Assembly (NCBI RefSeq): GCF_008000775.2
Contig: NZ_CP042905.2
Location: forward strand, 420,001-452,000
Source of the DNA: Promethearchaeum syntrophicum
Lineage (GTDB): Archaea > Asgardarchaeota > Lokiarchaeia > Sigyniarchaeales > Promethearchaeaceae
Length of the DNA stretch: 32,000 nucleotides
Direction: 5' to 3'
Positions within the stretch are counted from its first letter, which is position 1, and every line of letters begins with the position of its first letter. Of the stretch, positions 26,746-32,000 are shown one piece after another. The notes under the pieces are model-generated. The model had not been told where the DNA came from. It searched no databases and worked only from the letters and a program-made list of their open reading frames with translations. The position numbers and the translations under genes were made by a program.

Positions 26746-27654
26746 ATGTCAGAAAAAAAAGTAGATGTTGAAGTATCGAAAGAGGACATTGATAAGGCAA
26801 TGGGAAATCCTCAAAAACAAGCACAATTAACTGAAATGGAGCAAATTAATTTAATGATGAAAGGTGTCAAGCATAAAATTATTGTTTGCTCAGGTAAAGG
26901 TGGCGTAGGCAAAACAACTGTAGCCGTTAACTTAGCTATTGCACTAGCAGCTAAAGGTCTCAGTGTTGGAATACTTGATGTAGATATTACAGGACCAAAT
27001 GTACCTAAAATGCTAAATTTAGAAGATGAAAGACCAACTGTTATTCCAGGAACTAACACATTTACTCCAGTACATGGTCCTATGCTATCAAGTGGTGGCC
27101 CGATTCAAGTTATGAGTATGGCATTTCTATTAGAAACTCCCGATACTCCTGTTATTTGGCGTGGGCCTCTGAAGATGAAGGCAATTAGACAATTTATTGC
27201 TGAGGGTAATTGGGGATTATTGGATTATCTTATTTTAGACTTACCACCAGGAACTTCAGATGAAACTTTAGATGCAATGCAATTAGTCGGAGATAATTCT
27301 GGAGTAGTAATTGTAACAACACCACAAGAAGTTGCTACGATGGATGCTCGAAAAACAATTAATATGTCTAAGGCAATGAAAAGAAAAGTAGTTGGAATAA
27401 TTGAGAACATGTCGGGTCTTACAGTTAAATGCCCAAAATGTGAAGAAGAAATTAAAATCGATCTCTTTGGTTCAGGCGGCGGTGAAAAAGCTGCTAATGA
27501 ATTAAATGTTCCATTTTTAGGGAAAGTTCCGATAGAGCATAAAATTATGCAACAAGGAGATAAAGGTGTTCCCTTCTTAATTAGTAATCCAGATTCTGTC
27601 TCTGCTGAAGCTTTTGATGATATTGTTAAAAAAATCCGAGCAGACATGGAATAA
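26746..27654 (+). CDS. Mrp/NBP35 (ApbC) family Fe-S cluster carrier P-loop ATPase
   Basis: CSGKGGVGKTTVAVNLA, GPNVPKMLN, LDLPPGTSDETL, CPKCEEE motif. Confidence 0.93.
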   Translation: MSEKKVDVEVSKEDIDKAMGNPQKQAQLTEMEQINLMMKGVKHKIIVCSGKGGVGKTTVAVNLAIALAAKGLSVGILDVDITGPNVPKMLNLEDERPTVIPGTNTFTPVHGPMLSSGGPIQVMSMAFLLETPDTPVIWRGPLKMKAIRQFIAEGNWGLLDYLILDLPPGTSDETLDAMQLVGDNSGVVIVTTPQEVATMDARKTINMSKAMKRKVVGIIENMSGLTVKCPKCEEEIKIDLFGSGGGEKAANELNVPFLGKVPIEHKIMQQGDKGVPFLISNPDSVSAEAFDDIVKKIRADME

Positions 27655-27724
27655 ATCCCTTTTTTTTATACATTTTTCTTTTGGATCCATTTTTATTATG
27701 TGAAATTTTAATAAAATAATTATA

Positions 27725-28462
27725 ATGAAAATTTTATTGTGTTCTGATCTATCAAATAAAATTCCCAAGATTCCAGAAGCAAGTAAAAATATTTGTGATT
27801 TTGTACTACTCGCTGGTGATATTACGATTGGTGCGAGGAGTTTACAACGGACTATTTCAGTTTTCGAAAAATTAAGCGAGGCATTCCCTGATCCATTACC
27901 TGTATTTCTTATTCCTGGAAATCATGACTTACCTCTAATAGCTACGACACCAGAATTCTTTCCGAAAAATTTTGTCCAAATGCATAATAAATCATCAATT
28001 TTTAGAATAAATGGATTTGAAAAAGAAATCCATCTTATTGGTTTTGGTGGATCTACTCCCATTCCTGGATTTCCCGTTAGAGAACCTGGTCCAAATTATT
28101 TCACTTTTGAACCTGATGAAATTTACAATTCACTAAATACTTTATTTAAAGAAAAAGGATTTTTTTCAGAAGATTATTTCAAGATCTTATTTGTTCATGA
28201 ACCGCCATATAACACTTTATTGGATATAACATATCACAAAGAGCATGTTGGTTCTAAAGCAATCAGACGTTTAATTGAAGATTATCAACCAAATATTGCA
28301 GTATCAGGACATATTCATGAATCACGCGCAGTAGATCAAATAGGTCAGACGATAATTGTTAATGCAGGTGAAGCTAAATATAATAATTATGCAATTATCA
28401 ATATAAAAGAAAAACCAAACAAAAAACTCCCCGAAATCGATGTAAAATTATATTCACAATAA
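27725..28462 (+). CDS. Calcineurin-like metallophosphoesterase
   Basis: ILLCSDLSNKIP, LLAGDITIG, LIPGNHDLP, FVHEPPYNT, SGHIHESRAV. Confidence 0.88.
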   Translation: MKILLCSDLSNKIPKIPEASKNICDFVLLAGDITIGARSLQRTISVFEKLSEAFPDPLPVFLIPGNHDLPLIATTPEFFPKNFVQMHNKSSIFRINGFEKEIHLIGFGGSTPIPGFPVREPGPNYFTFEPDEIYNSLNTLFKEKGFFSEDYFKILFVHEPPYNTLLDITYHKEHVGSKAIRRLIEDYQPNIAVSGHIHESRAVDQIGQTIIVNAGEAKYNNYAIINIKEKPNKKLPEIDVKLYSQ

Positions 28463-29782
28463 AGATATACTAAGTTTCCATTCTTTGTATAATATATAGC
28501 GATATACTATTTCCAGAACTGCTTTTACCACTGACGGTTGTATCGAATTAACTGTATCCTTTAGAGTATGATATACTAATCCATCACGAATAGCAGTGTT
28601 TTTCATCCCTAATATTGTTGTGGCTTCAATATTATTCCGCGCGTACTCAGCTGCATCTGTTCCGCCACCTCCAAACGTAATTGGGGCTGCCTTTGTTTTA
28701 TAACCTAAAGATTCTGCAATATTCATTCCATCTTCTGCCATTTTTAAGGATGTTTTGATAAAACCGTTAATATCTGCGGTCAAAAATGATAAATCATTAC
28801 AGCTATAAAGACTTTCAATATTAAACACATATGTGGGGATATCTTTCAACTCCTTGATATGTCTTTTTACATAAGCTCGGGCACCACGAAGACCAGATTC
28901 TTCAGCATCTGAAGAAATAATTACAATTTCTGTGTGTTTTAGTAAATTTTGGCCATCAATCTTAGATTGTCCAAAGATTTGTGCAATTTTAACCCCAATC
29001 ATTGAAGAAATTAAATTGTCCCCTGCACCCGGGGAGACTTTGGGTGATTTGAAGAAATAAAATTGGATTACAGCTGGAGCACCCACTAAAATAATAAAAG
29101 ATATGATTTCTCTGAATATTGTCGTTTGCACTTGAAACCTTTCAAGAAAAAACAATATTATTAATAGGAGATTTGTTCCAATGAATACAATTAAACCAGT
29201 AAAAATTCTTGGAGCATACATTTTTTGTAATTTTGGATCTACCATAAAATTCATTACATAAGCGCTATCATGATGACCTTCTACAATAATTCGCTGTTTA
29301 ACTGTACTTGAAGGTTTTATATTTCCAACAACATTATATCCTATGAATTTTCTGAAAAGAGGATCAAATGTCTCTTTATATAGAACAAATTGTAGTAGTG
29401 CGAAAATTGTTGCAAATGTATACCCAATAACTGCAAATATAGTCCAAATTCCTCCTATGAAGAAAAAAACTGAGGATATGACAAAGGATATAGCAAATAT
29501 TTTCATGAAAGCTAAGAATGATTCTCTATGAACTTCAAATTTCTCAATTGTTGAAGAATCACAATGTTTTGATAATTTTTTTTTTATACTTTCTGCAGCT
29601 TGTTTAGTTGATTTTGTTCCCGTTAACCTGGGGCCATATTTATCAATAATATCTTTAGTCATTGATAACGTGTCGTTAACATCATTTTCACTTATGTTAT
29701 TTTCAAAAATTTCTGGGATTGTAATAATTTCTGCTATAGGGCTGTATCGATTTGAATATTTTTGAGTATGCTGTTGAGCCAT
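28454..29782 (-). CDS. M28-family zinc metallopeptidase with internal transmembrane segments
   Basis: VEGHHDSAY, GAGDNLISSMIGVKIA, EIVIISSDAEESGLRGARAYVKRH, FGGGGTDAAEYARN, VYHTLKDTVNSI; hydrophobic stretches lie between the GHHDS and GAGDN metal-ligand motifs. Confidence 0.85.
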   Translation of the reverse strand: MAQQHTQKYSNRYSPIAEIITIPEIFENNISENDVNDTLSMTKDIIDKYGPRLTGTKSTKQAAESIKKKLSKHCDSSTIEKFEVHRESFLAFMKIFAISFVISSVFFFIGGIWTIFAVIGYTFATIFALLQFVLYKETFDPLFRKFIGYNVVGNIKPSSTVKQRIIVEGHHDSAYVMNFMVDPKLQKMYAPRIFTGLIVFIGTNLLLIILFFLERFQVQTTIFREIISFIILVGAPAVIQFYFFKSPKVSPGAGDNLISSMIGVKIAQIFGQSKIDGQNLLKHTEIVIISSDAEESGLRGARAYVKRHIKELKDIPTYVFNIESLYSCNDLSFLTADINGFIKTSLKMAEDGMNIAESLGYKTKAAPITFGGGGTDAAEYARNNIEATTILGMKNTAIRDGLVYHTLKDTVNSIQPSVVKAVLEIVYRYILYKEWKLSISLL

Positions 29783-30029
29783 GATATTTTACCAATTTTA
29801 AGATTTGTAAGGAAAATTTATATTGTTAGAAATACATAGTAACATAGTAGATCTGACAATATAAATGTATGCTATTCTCTACATATCTATTATGTAGAAA
29901 ATGGTGACATGTCTATTTAAATTATCTTATTACTCAAATAATCGTTTTATCTAATAGATCTCTATATATGTAGACCAAAAATTGGTTGTAAAAGAAGCAA
30001 TAAAAATAAAAAAAAAAGAGATTTTTTTA

Positions 30030-31574
30030 TTAAATAGAAAATTTTGCTAATTCATCATAGATACCTGTTCTATTTAATTTATCATATAAATTTTCAGATA
30101 TTTTAAATAATTTAGCATATCTCTCTGTATTATTAGGGTTTGGGGTCCATTTCTTGTTTATTTTTACCATATTTTCTGCTGCTTTTATAAGATCACTAAA
30201 TTCACCTGCACCATAACTTGCTAATATTGATGCACCAACAGCTGTAGATTCTTCAAGTTCACCTCTACCACAAGGAATTCCTAAAACATCTGCCATAATT
30301 TGATTCCATAAATTACTTCGAGATCCCCCTCCAGTGATTCTCATTTCACTTGGATTCATTCCTAAAGACTGGAAAACATTTAATGATTTCTTCACTTCCA
30401 TGGCAACTCCTTCTAAAACAGCTCTGTAAAGATCAGCGGTTTTATGGCCTAAAGTTAATCCTAAAATTACCCCGCGAGCATAAGGGTTCCAATGTGGAGC
30501 TCCTGCACCGATAAAATGAGGAATTAACACCAATCCATTTGCTCCTACAGGTGATGTTTCCGCTTTTTTAGTTATTAATTCATAAGGATCAATTTTTCTT
30601 CCCATTTCTAATTCTTTTTCTGCTTTAAGTCTCTCTTCAGCTCCAATATTATCACGGAACCAACGTAAAACTGCTCCGCTGGTAAAAATGGAAGCTTCTT
30701 GAACCCATTTACCTGGAATTGCTGCACAACTACATAAAACTCGTTTATCTTTATCAAATGTTGGTTTATCTAGATAACCTAATATGAAAGATCCAGTTCC
30801 TGTTGTGCATTTCATTCTACCGGATTTTACAACTCCAACTCCTAATGCAGCACATTGCTGATCCCCTCCCCCTGTAATCACTTTTGTTTTGGTCGAAAAA
30901 CCAGTATTTGAAGAAATTATATTACCAATTTCTTTTCCTGAAGGTAATGCTTCGGGCATTTTATCCAGATCAATTCCCATAAGACTTCCAATTGAATCTG
31001 ACCATTTTAAGGAATTTATATCAAATAACATTGTTCTTGATGCATTAGAATGATCCGTGATATATTTTCCAGTTAATTTATATAATATATAATCATGAAC
31101 TAAAAGAAATTTGTATGTTTTCGAATAAATCTCAGGTTTGTGATTTTTAAACCATAGGATTTTAGATCCAGAAAAATAAGGATCAACCGTAAGACCTGTT
31201 GTGTTATATATTTTATCAATACCAATATTTCCTTTAATCCAATTACATTCTTCTGTGGTTCTTCGATCTTGCCATACAATTGCGTTAAAAAGTGGTTCTC
31301 CATTAGAGTCAACTGGGACAATAGTTTCTCTTTGGTTCGTGATTGCAACACTTAAAATATCGTCTCGATCAATTTTCGCATTTTTTATGGCATTCACTAT
31401 TGTTTTTTTAACAGCTTTCCACCATAAATCTGCATCTTGTTCAACCATAACAGTTGTTGGGTAAAAAGATTCCCATTCCTCGTAATCCCGGCCATGTTCA
31501 TTACCAGCTAAATCAAAAATTATACATCTGGTACCAGTTGTTCCAATATCTAAAGCAGCTACATATTTGCTCAT
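30030..31574 (-). CDS. FGGY-family carbohydrate kinase (glycerol kinase/xylulokinase-like)
   Basis: YVAALDIGTTGTRCIIFD, AITNQRET, VWQDRRT, GGGDQQCAALGVG, TTGTGSF, ITGGGSRSNLWNQIMADVLGIPC. Confidence 0.88.
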   Translation of the reverse strand: MSKYVAALDIGTTGTRCIIFDLAGNEHGRDYEEWESFYPTTVMVEQDADLWWKAVKKTIVNAIKNAKIDRDDILSVAITNQRETIVPVDSNGEPLFNAIVWQDRRTTEECNWIKGNIGIDKIYNTTGLTVDPYFSGSKILWFKNHKPEIYSKTYKFLLVHDYILYKLTGKYITDHSNASRTMLFDINSLKWSDSIGSLMGIDLDKMPEALPSGKEIGNIISSNTGFSTKTKVITGGGDQQCAALGVGVVKSGRMKCTTGTGSFILGYLDKPTFDKDKRVLCSCAAIPGKWVQEASIFTSGAVLRWFRDNIGAEERLKAEKELEMGRKIDPYELITKKAETSPVGANGLVLIPHFIGAGAPHWNPYARGVILGLTLGHKTADLYRAVLEGVAMEVKKSLNVFQSLGMNPSEMRITGGGSRSNLWNQIMADVLGIPCGRGELEESTAVGASILASYGAGEFSDLIKAAENMVKINKKWTPNPNNTERYAKLFKISENLYDKLNRTGIYDELAKFSI

Positions 31575-31684
31575 TTTTTTTTCACTAAGAATGATATTTA
31601 AGAATAGTAGGTTCGAAGGTTATAATAAGTATAATGTCAAAATTTTAATTATTATCTTAAAAATTAAAAAAAGGGATATCAATT

Positions 31685-32000
31685 ATGAATATTGAAAATA
31701 TAGATCAAATTCTCGCTGAAAAAGAATTGGCTGAAAAAGAAATTAGCAATATAAAGGAAAACTTTGGAGTTAAGAAGAAAGAAGCAGAAGAAAATGCTAG
31801 TAAGGAATTGGATGGTATCAATACAAAATACAGTTCTGTTTTATCCATCGCTGAAAAAAATCTTGAGATAAAGAAAGGTAATCATGAAGAAGCCATAAAA
31901 AAATTATCAATGGCTAAGAAAGAGTTGATGGATGCTATGAATTCACATAAAGAAATTGGATCATCCTTTAAAAAAGCAAAACATGATTATGATAAAAAAT
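31685..32000 (+). CDS. Coiled-coil protein, 3' end truncated by the window edge
   Basis: Open frame from ATG at 31685: MNIENIDQILAEKELAEKEISNIKENFGVKKKEAEENASKELDGINTKYSSVLSIAEKNLEIKKGNHEEAIKK... running off the window; not in the ORF track. Confidence 0.65.
   Translation, partial: MNIENIDQILAEKELAEKEISNIKENFGVKKKEAEENASKELDGINTKYSSVLSIAEKNLEIKKGNHEEAIKKLSMAKKELMDAMNSHKEIGSSFKKAKHDYDKK

Noticed and set aside
26811-27768. Minus-strand ORFs 26811..27059, 27225..27647 and 27577..27768
   Set aside because: Antisense to, or overlapping, the well-supported Mrp and metallophosphoesterase genes.
1-32000. Search by eye for tRNA, rRNA, transposase or terminal inverted repeats
   Set aside because: No convincing T-arm (GTTCRANNC) in a cloverleaf context, no rRNA-like sequence, and no transposase or integrase motifs seen; a tRNAscan-SE/Infernal run would be decisive.

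Overview
AT-rich archaeal chromosomal segment. The mix of eukaryote-like genes (alpha-SNAP-like TPR protein, 20S proteasome alpha subunit, vWA+RING-like zinc-finger protein, Arf/Rag-like GTPase with a probable roadblock-type C-terminal domain, archaeal histone, FHA protein with an H1-like Lys/Pro/Ala linker) suggests an Asgard/Lokiarchaeia-like lineage; this taxonomy is inferred from gene content only. About 20 CDSs are supportable. From left to right: a 5'-truncated radical SAM protein of the tetraether-synthase type; a GC-richer BspA/DUF285 repeat surface protein flanked by a 25-bp direct repeat; TPR/SNAP-like protein; psmA; vWA-RING protein; GTPase; Eco57I/TaqI-like adenine methyltransferase; PAP2 phosphatase; a DUF5682/TraB-like protein with a MoxR-type AAA ATPase; ATP-grasp protein; histone; FHA protein; membrane-anchored PD-(D/E)XK-like protein; RHH-HerA-Mre11 cluster; ArsB/NhaD-like permease; Mrp/NBP35 ATPase; metallophosphoesterase; membrane-embedded M28 peptidase; FGGY kinase; and a truncated coiled-coil ORF. 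Items absent from the ORF track: two decayed histone-gene relics downstream of the intact histone gene, a second RHH gene or pseudogene at 24822-25076 with no usable start codon, the true upstream extension of the first CDS, and the right-edge ORF. The best system-level candidates are the MoxR + DUF5682-like pair and the proteasome/vWA-RING neighbourhood. No CRISPR, rRNA or convincing tRNA was seen.
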